Origin: Nemertoderma westbladi
Lineage: Eukaryota > Animalia > Xenacoelomorpha
Assembly (NCBI GenBank): GCA_032718475.1
Contig: JAUCBJ010000176.1
Span: 22,758-86,757, forward strand
Direction of reading: 5' to 3'
DNA: 64,000 nucleotides
The translations under genes were made by a program, and so were the position numbers. This document shows positions 1 through 15,000 of this stretch, one piece after another. Each line of letters starts with the position of its first letter. Positions within the stretch are counted from its first letter, which is position 1. The notes below the pieces were generated by a model, which saw nothing but the letters and a program-made list of their open reading frames with translations, was not told the DNA's origin and searched no databases.

Positions 1-3000
1 GACAAAACCAGAACGAGATAGGTCAGGGGTTGAGACAAAACCAGAACGAGATAAGTCGGGGTTCAGACAAAACCAGAACGAGATAGGTCGGGGTTGAGAC
101 AAAACGAGATAGGTCGGGGTTGAGACGAAACCAGAACGAGATAAGTCGGGGTTCAGACAAAACCAGAACGAGATAGGTCGGGGTTCAGACAAAACCAGAA
201 CGAGATAAGTCGGGGTTCACACAAAACCAGAACGAGATAGGTTGGGGTTCAGACAAAACCAGAACGAGATAGGTCGGGGTTGCGACAAAACGAGATAGGT
301 CGGGGTTGAGACAAAACCAGAACGAGATAGGTCGGGGTTGAGACAAAACGAGATAGGTCGAGGTTGAGACAAAACCAGAACGAGATAGGTCGGGGTTGAG
401 ACAAAACGAGATAGGTCGTGGTTGAGACAAAACCAGAACGAGATAGGTCGGGGTTGAGACAAAACGAGATAGGTCGTGGTTGAGACAAAACCAGAACGAG
501 ATAGGTCGGGGTTGAGACAAAACGAGATAGGTCGGGGTTGAGACAAAACCAGAACGAGATAGGTCGGGGTTCAGACAAAACCAGAACGAGATAGGTCGGG
601 GTTCAGACAAAACCAGAACGAGATAGGTCGGGGTTGCGACAAAACCAGAACGAGATAGGTCGGGGTTGAGACAAAACCAGAACGAGATAGGTCGGGGTTG
701 AGACAAAACCAGAACGAGATAGGTCGGGGTTCAGACAAAACCAGAACGAGATAGGTCGGGGTTGCGACAAAACCAGAACGAGATAGGTCGGGGTTCAGAC
801 AAAACCAGAACGAGATAGGTCTGGGTTCAGACAAAACCAGAACGAGATAGGTCGGGGTTCAGACAAAACCAGAACGAGATAGGTCGGGGTTGAGACAAAA
901 CCAGAACGAGATAGGTCAGGGGTTGAGACAAAACCAGAACGAGATAAGTCGGGGTTGAGACAAAACCAGAACGAGATAGGTCGGGGTTCAGACAAAACCA
1001 GAACGAGATAGGTCGGGGTTCAGACAAAACCAGAACGAGATAGGTCGGGGTTGAGACAAAACCAGAACGAGATAGGTCGGGGTTGAGACAAAACGATATA
1101 GGTCGGGGTTGAGACAAAACCAGAACGAGATAGGTCGGGGTTGAGACAAAACGAGAACGAGATAGGTCGGGGTTGAGACAAAACGAGAACGAGATAGGTA
1201 GGGGTTGAGACAAAACGAGAACGAGATAGGTCGGGGTTGAGACAAAACCAGAACGAGATAGGTCGGGGTTCAGACAAAACCAGAACGAGATAGGTCGGGG
1301 TTCAGACAAAACCAGAACGAGATAGGTCGGGGTTGAGACAAAACGAGAACGAGATAGGTAGGGGTTGAGACAAAACGAGAACGAGATAGGTCGGGGTTGA
1401 GACAAAACCAGAACGAGATAGGTAGGGGTTCAGACAAAACCAGAACGAGATAGGTCGGGGTTCAGACAAAACCAGAACGAGATAGGTCGGGGTTCAGACA
1501 AAACCAGAACGAGATAGGTCGGGGTTGAGACAAAACGAGAACGAGATAGGTCGGGGTTGAGACAAAACGAAACGAGATAGGTCGGGGTTGAGACAAAACG
1601 AGATAGGTCGGGGTTCAGACAAAACCAGAACGAGATAAGTCGGGGTTAAGACAAAACGAGATAGGTCGGGGTTGAGACAAAACGAGATAGGTCGGGGTTG
1701 AGACAAAACGAGATAGGTCGGGGTTGAGACAAAACCAGAACGAGATAAGTCGGGGTTCAGACAAAACCAGAACGAGATAGGTTGGGGTTCAGACAAAACC
1801 AGAACGAGATAAGTCGGGGTTCAGACAAAACCAGAACGAGATAGGTCGGGGTTGAGACAAAACCAGAACGAGATAGGTCGGGGTTCAGACAAAACCAGAA
1901 CGAGATAGGTCGGGGTTGAGACAAAACGAGAACGAGATAGGTCGGGGTTGAGACAAAACGAGATAGGTCGGGGTTGAGACAAAACGAAACGAGATAGGTC
2001 GGGGTTGAGACAAAACGAGATAGGTCGGGGTTGAGACAAAACGAGAACGAGATAGGTCGGGGTTGAGACAAAACGAGAACGAGATAGGTCGGGGTTGAGA
2101 CAAAACGAGAACGAGATAGGTCGGGGTTGAGACAAAACCAGAACGAGATAGGTCGGGGTTCAGACAAAACGAAACGAGATAGGTCGGGGTTCAGACAAAA
2201 CGAAACGAGATAGGTCGGGGTTGAGACAAAACGAGATAGGTCGGGGTTCACACAAAACCAAAACGAGATAGGTCGGGGTTCAGACAAAACCAGAGCGAGA
2301 TAAGTCGGGGTTCACACAAAACCAGAACGAGATAGGTTGGGGTTCAGACAAAACCATAACGAGATAGGTCGGGGTTCAGACAAAACCAGAACGAGATAGG
2401 TCGGGGTTCAGACAAAACCAGAACGAGATAGGTCGTGGTTGAGACAAAACGAGAACGAGATAGGTCGGGGTTGAGACAAAACGAAACGAGATAGGTCGGG
2501 GTTCAGACAAAACGAAACGAGATAGGTCGGGGTTGAGACAAAACGAGATAGGTCGGGGTTCACACAAAACCAGAACGAGATAGGTTGGGGTTCAGACAAA
2601 ACCATAACGAGATAGGTCGGGGTTCAGACAAAACCAGAACGAGATAGGTCGGGGTTCAGACAAAACCAGAACGAGATAGGTCGTGGTTGAGACAAAACGA
2701 GAACGAGATAGGTCGGGGTTGAGACAAAACGAAACGAGATAGGTCGGGGTTCAGACAAAACGAAACGAGATAGGTCGTGGTTGAGACAAAACGAGAACGA
2801 GATAGGTCGGGGTTGAGACAAAACGAAACGAGATAGGTCGGGGTTCACACAAAACCAAAACGAGATAGGTCGGGGTTCAGACAAAACGAAACGAGATAGG
2901 TCGGGGTTCAGACAAAACGAAACGAGATAGGTCGGGGTTGAGACAAAACGAGATAGGTCGGGGTTCACACAAAACCAAAACGAGATAGGTCGGGGTTCAG

Positions 3001-6000
3001 ACAAAACCAGAGCGAGATAAGTCGGGGTTGAGACAAAACGAGAACGAGATAGGTCGGGGTTGAGACAAAACCAGAACGAGATAGGTCGGGGTTCAGACAA
3101 AACGAAACGAGATAGGTCGGGGTTGAGACAAAACGAGAACGAGATAGGTCGGGGTTGAGACAAAATCAGAACGAGATAGGTCAGGGGTTGAGACAAAACC
3201 AGAACGAGATAGGTCGGGGTTGAGACAAAACGAGAACGAGATAGGTTGGGGTTCAGACAAAACCATAACGAGATAGGTCGGGGTTCAGACAAAACCATAA
3301 CGAGATAGGTCGGGGTTCAGACAAAACCAGAACGAGATAGGTCGGGGTTCAGACAAAACCAGAACGAGATAGGTCGGGGTTGAGACAAAACGAGAACGAG
3401 ATAGGTCGGGGTTGAGACAAAACCAGAACGAGATAGGTCGGGGTTCAGACAAAACGAAACGAGATAGGTCGGGGTTCAGACAAAACGAAACGAGATAGGT
3501 CGGGGTTGAGACAAAACGAGAACGAGATAGGTCGGGGTTCAGACAAAACCAGAACGAGATAAGTCGGGGTTCACACAAAACCAGAACGAGATAGGTTGGG
3601 GTTCAGACAAAACCAGAACGAGATAGGTCGGGGTTGCGACAAAACGAGATAGGTCGGGGTTGAGACAAAACCAGAACGAGATAGGTCGGGGTTGAGACAA
3701 AACGAGATAGGTCGGGGTTGAGACAAAACCAGAACGAGATAGGTCGGGGTTGAGACAAAACGAGATAGGTCAGGGGTTGAGACAAAACCAGAACGAGATA
3801 AGTCGGGGTTCAGACAAAACCAGAACGAGATAGGTCGGGGTTGAGACAAAACCAGAACGAGATAGGTCGGGGTTGAGACAAAACGAGATAGGTCAGGGGT
3901 TGAGACAAAACCAGAACGAGATAAGTCGGGGTTCAGACAAAACCAGAACGAGATAGGTCGGGGTTGAGACAAAACCAGAACGAGATAGGTCGGGGTTCAG
4001 ACAAAACCAGAACGAGATAGGTCGGGGTTGAGACAAAACGAGAACGAGATAGGTCGGGGTTGAGACAAAACCAGAACGAGATAGGTCGGGGTTCAGACAA
4101 AACGAAACGAGATAGGTCGGGGTTGAGACAAAACGAGATAGGTCTGGGTTCAGACAAAACCAGAACGAGATAAGTCGGGGTTCACACAAAACCAGAACGA
4201 GATAGGTTGGGGTTCAGACAAAACCAGAACGAGATAGGTCGGGGTTGCGACAAAACGAGATAGGTCGGGGTTGAGACAAAATCAGAACGAGATAGGTCGG
4301 GGTTGAGACAAAACGAGATAGGTCGGGGTTGAGACAAAACCAGAACGAGATAGGTCGGGGTTGAGACAAAACGAGATAGGTCGGGGTTGAGACAAAACCA
4401 GAACGAGATAGGTCGGGGTTGAGACAAAACGAGATAGGTCGGGGTTGAGACAAAACCAGAACGAGATAGGTCGGGGTTGCGACAAAACCAGAACGAGATA
4501 GGTCGGGGTTGAGACAAAACCAGAACGAGATAGGTCGGGGTTGAGACAAAACCAGAACGAGATAGGTCGGGGTTGAGACAAAACGAGATAGGTCGGGGTT
4601 GAGACAAAACCAGAACGAGATAGGTCGGGGTTCAGACAAAACCAGAACGAGATAGGTCGGGGTTCAGACAAAACCAGAACGAGATAGGTCGGGGTTGAGA
4701 CAAAACCAGAACGAGATAGGTCAGGGGTTGAGACAAAACCAGAACGAGATAAGTCGGGGTTGAGACAAAACCAGAACGAGATAGGTCGGGGTTCAGACAA
4801 AACCAGAACGAGATAGGTCGGGGTTCAGACAAAACCAGAACGAGATAGGTCGGGGTTGAGACAAAACCAGAACGAGATAGGTCAGGGGTTGAGACAAAAC
4901 CAGAACGAGATAAGTCGGGGTTCAGACAAAACCAGAACGAGATAGGTCGGGGTTGAGACAAAACGAGATAGGTCGGGGTTGAGACAAAACGAGATAGGTC
5001 GGGGTTGAGACAAAACCAGAACGAGATAGGTCGGGGTTGAGACAAAACGAGATAGGTCGGGGTTGAGACAAAACCAGAACGAGATAGGTCGGGGTTGAGA
5101 CAAAACGAGAACGAGATAGGTCGGGGTTCAGACAAAACGAGATAGGTTGGGTTGAGACGAAACCAGAACGAGATAGGTCGGGGTTGAGACAAAACCAGAA
5201 CGAGATAGGTCGGGGTTGAGTCAAAACCAGAACGAGATAGGTCGGGGTTGAGACAAAACGAGATAGGTCGGGGTTCAGACAAAACGAAACGAGATAGATC
5301 GGGGTTGAGACAAAACGAGATAGGTCGGGGTTCAGACAAAACCAGAACGAGATAAGTCGGGGTTCACACAAAACCAGAACGAGATAGGTCGGGGTTGAGA
5401 CAAAACCAGAACGAGATAGGTCGGGGTTGAGACAAAACGAGTTAGGTCGGGGTTGAGACAAAACGAGAACGAGATAAGTCGGGGTTGAGACAAAATCAGA
5501 ACGAGATAGGTCAGGGGTTGAGACAAAACCAGAACGAGATAGGTCGGGGTTGCGACAAAACCAGAACGAGATAAGTCGGGGTTGAGACAAAATCAGAACG
5601 AGATAGGTCAGGGGTTGAGACAAAACCAGAACGAGATAGGTCAGGGTTGAGACAAAACCAGAACGAGATAGGTCGGGGTTGAGACAAAACGATATAGGTC
5701 GGGGTTCAGACAAAACCAGAACGAGATAGGTCGGGGTTGCGACAAAACCAGAACGAGATAAGTCGGGGTTGAGACAAAATCAGAACGAGATAGGTCAGGG
5801 GTTGAGACAAAACCAGAACGAGATAGGTCAGGGTTGAGACAAAACCAGAACGAGATAGGTCGGGGTTGAGACAAAACGATATAGGTCGGGGTTCAGACAA
5901 AACGAAACGAGATAGGTCGGGGTTGAGACAAAACGAGATAGGTCGGGGTTGAGACAAAACCAGAACGAGATAGGTCGGGGTTGAGACAAAACGAGATAGG

Positions 6001-9000
6001 TCGGGGTTCAGACAAAACGAAACGAGATAGGTCGGGGTTGAGACAAAACCAGAATGAGATAGGTCGGGGTTGAGACAAAACGATATAGGTCGGGGTTCAG
6101 ACAAAACGAAACGAGATAGGTCGGGGTTGAGACAAAACGAGATAGGTCGGGGTTGAGACAAAACCAGAACGAGATAGGTCGGGGTTGAGACAAAACGAGA
6201 TAGGTCGGGGTTCAGACAAAACGAAACGAGATAGGTCGGGGTTGAGACAAAACCAGAACGAGATAGGTCGGGGTTGAGACAAAACGAGAACGAGATAGGT
6301 CGGGGTTGAGACAAAACCAGAACGAGATAGGTCGGGGTTGAGACAAAACGAGATAGGTCGGGGTTCAGACAAAACGAAACGAGATAGGTCGGGGTTGAGA
6401 CAAAACCAGAATGAGATAGGTCGGGGTTGAGACAAAACCAGAACGAGATAGGTCGGGGTTGAGACAAAACGAGAACGAGATAGGTCGGGGTTGCGACAAA
6501 ACGAGATAGGTCGGGGTTCAGACAAAACGAAACGAGATAGGTCGGGGTTGAGACAAAACCAGAATGAGATAGGTCGGGGTTGAGACAAAACCAGAACGAG
6601 ATAGGTCGGGGTTGAGACAAAACGAGAACGAGATAGGTCGGGGTTGCGACAAAACGAGAACGAGATAGGTCGGGGTTGAGTCAAAACCAGAACGAGATAG
6701 GTCGGGGTTCAGACAAAACGAGATAGGTCGGGGTTCAGACAAAACGAAACGAGATAGGTCGGGGTTCAGACAAAACCAGAACGAGATAAGTCGGGGTTCA
6801 CACAAAACCAGAACGAGATAGGTCGGGGTTGAGACAAAACCAGAGCGAGATAGGTCGGGGTTGAGACAAAACGAGTTAGGTCGGGGTTCAGACAAAACCA
6901 GAACGAGATAGGTCGGGGTTGCGACAAAACCAGAACGAGATAAGTCGGGGTTGAGACAAAATCAGAACGAGATAGGTCAGGGGTTGAGACAAAACCAGAA
7001 CGAGATAGGTCAGGGTTGAGACAAAACCAGAACGAGATAGGTCGGGGTTGAGACAAAACGATATAGGTCGGGGTTCAGACAAAACGAAACGAGATAGGTC
7101 GGGGTTGAGACAAAACGAGATAGGTCGGGGTTGAGACAAAACCAGAACGAGATAGGTCGGGGTTGAGACAAAACGAGATAGGTCGGGGTTCAGACAAAAC
7201 GAAACGAGATAGGTCGGGGTTGAGACAAAACCAGAATGAGATAGGTCGGGGTTGAGACAAAACCAGAACGAGATAGGTCGGGGTTAAGACAAAACCAGAA
7301 CGAGATAGGTCGGGGTTCAGACAAAACCAGAACGAGATAGGTCGGGGTTGAGACAAAACCAGAACAGAGTTAGGTCGGGGTTGAGACAAAACGAGATAGG
7401 TCGGGGTTCAGACAAAACGAAACGAGATAGGTCGGGGTTGAGACAAAACCAGAATGAGATAGGTCGGGGTTGAGACGAAACGAGATAGGTCGGGTTGACA
7501 CAAAACGAAACGAGATAGGTCGGGGTTGAGACAAAACCAGAATGAGATAGGTCGGGGTTGAGACGAAACGAGATAGGTCGGGGTTGAGACAAAACCAGAA
7601 CGAGTTAGGTCGGGGTTGAGACAAAACGAGATAGGTCGGGGTTCAGACAAAACGAAACGAGATAGGTCGGGGTTGAGACAAAACCGAATGAGATAGGTCG
7701 GGGTTGAGACGAAACGAGATAGGTCGGGGTTGAGACAAAACCAGAACGAGATAGGTCGGGGTTGAGACAAAACCAGAACGAGATAGGTCAGGGTTGAGAC
7801 AAAACCAGAACGAGATAGGTCGGGGTTCAGACAAAACGAAACGAGATAGGTCGGGGTTCAGACAAAACGAAACGAGATAGGTCAGGGTTGAGACAACACG
7901 AGAACGAGATAGGTCGGGGTTAAGACAAAACCAGAACGAGATAGGTCGGGGTTGAGACAAAACCAGAACGAGATAGGTCGGGGTTGAGACAAAACGAGAT
8001 AGGTCGGGGTTGAGACGAAACCAGAACGAGATAGGTCGGGGTTGAGACAAAACCAGAACGAGATAGGTCGGGGTTGAGACAAAACCAGAACGAGATAGGT
8101 CGGGGTTGAGACAAAACCAGAACGAGATAGGTCAGGGTTGAGACAACACGAGAACGAGTTAGGTCGGGGTTGAGACAAAACCAGAACGAGATAGGTCGGG
8201 GTTGAGACAAAACCAGAACGAGATAGGTCGGGGTTGAGACAAAACCATAACGAGATAGGTCGGGGTTGATACAAAACGAGAACGAGATAGGTCGGGGTTA
8301 AGACAAAACCAGAACGAGATAGGTCGGGGTTGAGACAAAACCAGAACGAGATAGGTCGGGGTTGAGACAAAACGAGATAGGTCGGGGTTGAGACGAAACC
8401 AGAACGAGATAGGTCGGGGTTGAGACAAAACCAGAACGAGATAGGTCGGGGTTGAGACAAAACCAGAACGAGATAGGTCGGGGTTGAGACAAAACGAGAA
8501 CGAGATAGGTCGGGGTTGAGACAAAACGAGAACGAGATAGGTCGGGGTTGAGACAAAACGAGATAGGTCGGGGTTGAGACGAAACCAGAACGAGATAGGT
8601 CGGTGTTGAGACAAAACGAGATAGGTCGGGGTTGAGACAAAACCAGAACGAGATAGGTCGGGGTTGAGACAAAACGAGATAGGTCGGGGTTGAGACAAAA
8701 CGAGATAGGTCGGGGTTAAGACAAAACGAGATAGGTCGGGGTTGAGACAAAACGAGATAGGTCGGGGTTGAGACAAAACGAGATAGGTCGGGGTTAAGAC
8801 AAAACCAGAACGAGATAGGTCGGGGTTGAGACAAAACGAGAACGAGATAGGTCGGGGTTGAGACAAAACGAGATAGGTCGGGGTTGAGACAAAACCAGAA
8901 CGAGATAGGTCGGGTTTGAGACAAAACGAGATAGGTCGGGGTTGAGACAAAACCAGAACGAGATAGGTCGGGGTTGAGACAAAACGAGATAGGTCGGGGT

Positions 9001-12000
9001 TGAGACAAAACGAGATAGGTCCTTGTTGAGACGAAACCAGAACGAGATAAGTCGGGGTTGAGACAAAACGAGATAGGTCGGGGTTGAGACAAAACGAGAT
9101 AGGTCGGGGTTGAGACAAAACGAGATAGGTCGGGGTTGAGACAAAACCAGAACGAGATAGGTCGGGGTTCAGACAAAACGAGATAGGTCGGAGTTGAGAC
9201 AAAACCAGAACGAGATAGGTCGGGGTTGAGACAAAACCAGAACGAGATAGGTCGGGGTTGAGACAAAACGAGATAGGTCGGGGTTGAGACGAAACCAGAA
9301 CGAGATAGGTCGGGGTTGAGACAAAACGAGATAGGTCGGGGTTGAGACAAAACCAGAACGAGATAGGTCGGGGTTGAGACAAAACGAGATAGGTCGGGGT
9401 TGAGACAAAACGAGATAGGTCGGGGTTGAGACGAAACCAGAACGAGATAGGTCGGGGTTGAGACAAATCGAGAACGAGATAGGTCAGGGTTGAGACAAAA
9501 CGAGATAGGTCGGGGTTGAGACAAAACGAGATAGGTCGGGGTTGAGACGAAACCAGAACGAGATAGGTCGGGGTTGAGACAAAACCAGAACGAGATAGGT
9601 CGGGGTTGAGACAAAACCAAAACGAGATAGGTCGGGGTTGAGACAAAACCAGAACGAGATAGGTCGGGGTTCAGACAAAACAAGAACGAGATAGGTCGGG
9701 GTTGAGACAAAACCAGAACGAGATAGGTCGGGGTTCAGACAAAACCACAACGAGATAGGTCGGGGTTGAGACAAAACGATATAGGTCGGGGTTGAGACAA
9801 CACGAGAACGAGTTAGGTCGGGGTTCAGACAAAACCAGAACGAGATAGGTCGGGGTTGAGACAAAACCAGAACGAGATAGGTCGGGGTTCAGACAAAACG
9901 AGAACGAGATAGGTCGGGGTTGCGACAAAACCAGAACGAGATAGGTCGGGGTTGAGACAAAACGAGATAGGTCGGGGTTGAGACAAAACCAGAACGAGAT
10001 AGGTCGGGGTTCAGACAAAACCAGAACGAGATAGGTCGGGGTTGAGACAAAACGAGAACGAGATAGGTCGGGGTTGAGACAAAACCAGAACGAGATAGGT
10101 CGGGGTTGAGACAAAACGAGATAGGTCGGGGTTCAGACAAAACGAAACGAGATAGGTCGGGGTTGCGACAAAACCAGAACGAGATAGGTCGGGGTTGAGA
10201 CAAAACGAGAACGAGATAGGTCGGGGTTGAGACAAAACCAGAACGAGATAGGTCGGGGTTCAGACAAAACCAGAACGAGATAGGTCGGGGTTCAGACAAA
10301 ACGAGATAGGTCGGGGTTGAGACAAAACCAGAACGAGATAGGTCGGGGTTGAGACAAAACGAGGACGAGATAGGTCGGGGTTGAGACAAAACGAGATAGG
10401 TCGGGGTTGAGACAAAACGAGATAGGTCGGGGTTGAGACAAAACAAGAACGAGATAGGTCGGGGTTGAGACAAAACCAGAACGAGATAGGTCGGGGTTGA
10501 GACGAAACGAGATAGGTCGGGGTTGAGACAAAACGAGATAGGTCGGGGTTGAGACAAAACGAGAACGAGATAGGTCGGGGTTGAGACAAAACGAGATAGG
10601 TCGGGGTTGAGACAAAACGAGATAGGTCGGGGTTGAGACAAAACGAGAACGAGATAGGTCGGGGTTAAGACAAAACCAGAACGAGATAGGTCGGGGTTGA
10701 GACAAAACGAGAACGAGATAGGTCGGGGTTGAGACAAAACGAGATAGGTCGGGGTTGAGACAAAACGAGATAGGTCGGGGTTGAGACAAAACGAGAACGA
10801 GATAGGTCGGGGTTGAGACAAAACGAGAACGAGATAGGTCGGGGTTGAGACAAAACGAGATAGGTCGGGGTTGAGACAAAACGAGATAGGTCGGGGTTGA
10901 GACAAAACGAGAACGAGATAGGTCGGGGTTAAGACAAAACCAGAACGAGATAGGTCGGGGTTGAGACAAAACGAGAACGAGATAGGTCGGGGTTTAGACA
11001 AAACGAGAACGAGATAGGTCGGGGTTGAGACAAAACGAGATAGGTCGGGGTTGAGAAAAAACGAGATAGGTCGGGGTTGAGACAAAACGAGATAGGTCGG
11101 GGTTGAGACAAAACGAGAACGAGATAGGTCGGGGTTAAGACAAAACCAGAACGAGATAGGTCGGGGTTGAGACAAAACGAGATAGGTCGGGGTTGAGACA
11201 AAGCGAGAACGAGATAGGTCGGGGTTGAGACAAAACGAGAACGAGATAGGTCGGGGTTGAGACAAAACGAGAACGAGATAGGTCGGGGTTGAGACAAAAC
11301 GAGATAGGTCGGGGTTGAGACAAAACCAGAACGAGATAGGTCGGGGTTGAGACAAAACGAGAACGAGATAGGTCGGGGTTGAGACAAAACGAGAACGAGA
11401 TAGGTCGGGGTTGAGACAAAACGAGATAGGTCGGGGTTGAGACAAAACGAGATAGGTCGGGGTTGAGACAAAACGAGAACGAGATAGGTCGGGGTTAAGA
11501 CAAAACCAGAACGAGATAGGTCGGGGTTGAGACAAAACGAGATAGGTCGGGGTTGAGACAAAACGAGAACGAGATAGGTCGGGGTTGAGACAAAACGAGA
11601 TAGGTCGGGGTTGAGACAAAACCAGAACGAGATAGGTCAGGGTTGAGACAAAACGAGAACGAGATAGGTCGGGGTTCAGACAAAACAAGAACGAGATAGG
11701 TCGGGGTTGAGACAAAACCAGAACGAGATAGGTCGGGGTTCAGACAAAACCACAACGAGATAGGTCGGGGTTGAGACAAAACGATATAGGTCGGGGTTGA
11801 GACAACACGAGAACGAGTTAGGTCGGGGTTCAGACAAAACCAGAACGAGATAGGTCGGGGTTGAGACAAAACCAGAACGAGATAGGTCGGGGTTCAGACA
11901 AAACGAGAACGAGATAGGTCGGGGTTGCGACAAAACCAGAACGAGATAGGTCGGGGTTGAGACAAAACGAGATAGGTCGGGGTTGAGACAAAACCAGAAC

Positions 12001-15000
12001 GAGATAGGTCGGGGTTCAGACAAAACCAGAACGAGATAGGTCGGGGTTGAGACAAAACGAGAACGAGATAGGTCGGGGTTGAGACAAAACCAGAACGAGA
12101 TAGGTCGGGGTTGAGACAAAACGAGATAGGTCGGGGTTCAGACAAAACGAAACGAGATAGGTCGGGGTTGCGACAAAACCAGAACGAGATAGGTCGGGGT
12201 TGAGACAAAACGAGAACGAGATAGGTCGGGGTTGAGACAAAACCAGAACGAGATAGGTCGGGGTTCAGACAAAACCAGAACGAGATAGGTCGGGGTTCAG
12301 ACAAAACGAGATAGGTCGGGGTTGAGACAAAACCAGAACGAGATAGGTCGGGGTTGAGACAAAACGAGGACGAGATAGGTCGGGGTTGAGACAAAACGAG
12401 ATAGGTCGGGGTTGAGACAAAACGAGATAGGTCGGGGTTGAGACAAAACAAGAACGAGATAGGTCGGGGTTGAGACAAAACCAGAACGAGATAGGTCGGG
12501 GTTGAGACGAAACGAGATAGGTCGGGGTTGAGACAAAACGAGATAGGTCGGGGTTGAGACAAAACGAGAACGAGATAGGTCGGGGTTGAGACAAAACGAG
12601 ATAGGTCGGGGTTGAGACAAAACGAGATAGGTCGGGGTTGAGACAAAACGAGAACGAGATAGGTCGGGGTTAAGACAAAACCAGAACGAGATAGGTCGGG
12701 GTTGAGACAAAACGAGAACGAGATAGGTCGGGGTTGAGACAAAACGAGATAGGTCGGGGTTGAGACAAAACGAGATAGGTCGGGGTTGAGACAAAACGAG
12801 AACGAGATAGGTCGGGGTTGAGACAAAACGAGAACGAGATAGGTCGGGGTTGAGACAAAACGAGATAGGTCGGGGTTGAGACAAAACGAGATAGGTCGGG
12901 GTTGAGACAAAACGAGAACGAGATAGGTCGGGGTTAAGACAAAACCAGAACGAGATAGGTCGGGGTTGAGACAAAACGAGAACGAGATAGGTCGGGGTTT
13001 AGACAAAACGAGAACGAGATAGGTCGGGGTTGAGACAAAACGAGATAGGTCGGGGTTGAGAAAAAACGAGATAGGTCGGGGTTGAGACAAAACGAGATAG
13101 GTCGGGGTTGAGACAAAACGAGAACGAGATAGGTCGGGGTTAAGACAAAACCAGAACGAGATAGGTCGGGGTTGAGACAAAACGAGAACGAGATAGGTCG
13201 GGGTTGAGACAAAACGAGATAGGTCGGGGTTGAGACAAAACCAGAACGAGATAGGTCGGGGTTGAGACAAAACGAGAACGAGATAGGTCGGGGTTGAGAC
13301 AAAACGAGAACGAGATAGGTCGGGGTTGAGACAAAACGAGATAGGTCGGGGTTGAGACAAAACGAGATAGGTCGGGGTTGAGACAAAACGAGAACGAGAT
13401 AGGTCGGGGTTAAGACAAAACCAGAACGAGATAGGTCGGGGTTGAGACAAAACGAGATAGGTCGGGGTTGAGACAAAACGAGAACGAGATAGGTCGGGGT
13501 TGAGACAAAACGAGATAGGTCGGGGTTGAGACAAAACCAGAACGAGATAGGTCAGGGTTGAGACAAAACGAGAACGAGATAGGTCGGGGTTGAGACAAAA
13601 CGAGATAGGTCGGGGTTGAGACAAAGCGAGAACGAGATAGGTCGGGGTTGAGACAAAACGAGAACGAGATAGGTCGGGGTTGAGACAAAACGAGAACGAG
13701 ATAGGTCGGGGTTGAGACAAAACGAGATAGGTCGGGGTTGAGACAAAACCAGAACGAGATAGGTCGGGGTTGAGACAAAACGAGAACGAGATAGGTCGGG
13801 GTTGAGACAAAACGAGAACGAGATAGGTCGGGGTTGAGACAAAACGAGATAGGTCGGGGTTGAGACAAAACGAGAACGAGATAGGTCGGGGTTGAGACAA
13901 AACGAGATAGGTCGGGGTTGAGACAAAGCGAGAACGAGATAGGTCGGGGTTGAGACAAAACCAGAACGAGATAGGTCGGGGTTGAGACAAAACGAGAACG
14001 AGATAGGTCGGGGTTGAGACAAAACGAGATAGGTCGGGGTTGAGACAAAGCGAGAACGAGATAGGTCGGGGTTGAGACAAAACGAGAACGAGATAGGTCG
14101 GGGTTGAGACAAAACGAGAACGAGATAGGTCGGGGTTGAGACAAAACGAGATAGGTCGGGGTTGAGACAAAACCAGAACGAGATAGGTCGGGGTTGAGAC
14201 AAAACGAGAACGAGATAGGTCGGGGTTGAGACAAAACGAGAACGAGATAGGTCGGGGTTGAGACAAAACGAGATAGGTCGGGGTTGAGACAAAACGAGAT
14301 AGGTCGGGGTTGAGACAAAACGAGAACGAGATAGGTCGGGGTTAAGACAAAACCAGAACGAGATAGGTCGGGGTTGAGACAAAACGAGATAGGTCGGGGT
14401 TGAGACAAAACGAGAACGAGATAGGTCGGGGTTGAGACAAAACGAGATAGGTCGGGGTTGAGACAAAACCAGAACGAGATAGGTCAGGGTTGAGACAAAA
14501 CGAGAACGAGATAGGTCGGGGTTGAGACAAAACGAGAACGAGATAGGTCGGGGTTGAGACAAAACGAGAACGAGATAGGTCGGGGTTGAGACAAAACGAG
14601 ATAGGTCGGGGTTGAGACAAAACGAGATAGGTCGGGGTTGAGACAAAACGAGAACGAGATAGGTCGGGGTTAAGACAAAACCAGAACGAGATAGGTCGGG
14701 GTTGAGACAAAACGAGATAGGTCGGGGTTGAGACAAAACAAGAACGAGATAGGTCGGGGTTGAGACAAAACGAGAACGAGATAGGTCGGGGTTGAGACAA
14801 AACGAGAACGAGATAGGTAGGGGTTGAGACAAAACGAGATAGGTCGGGGTTGAGACAAAACGAGAACGAGATAGGTCGGGGTTGAGACAAAACGAGATAG
14901 GTCGGGGTTGAGACAAAACGAGATAGGTCGGGGTTGAGACAAAACGAGAACGAGATAGGTCGGGGTTAAGACAAAACCAGAACGAGATAGGTCGGGGTTG

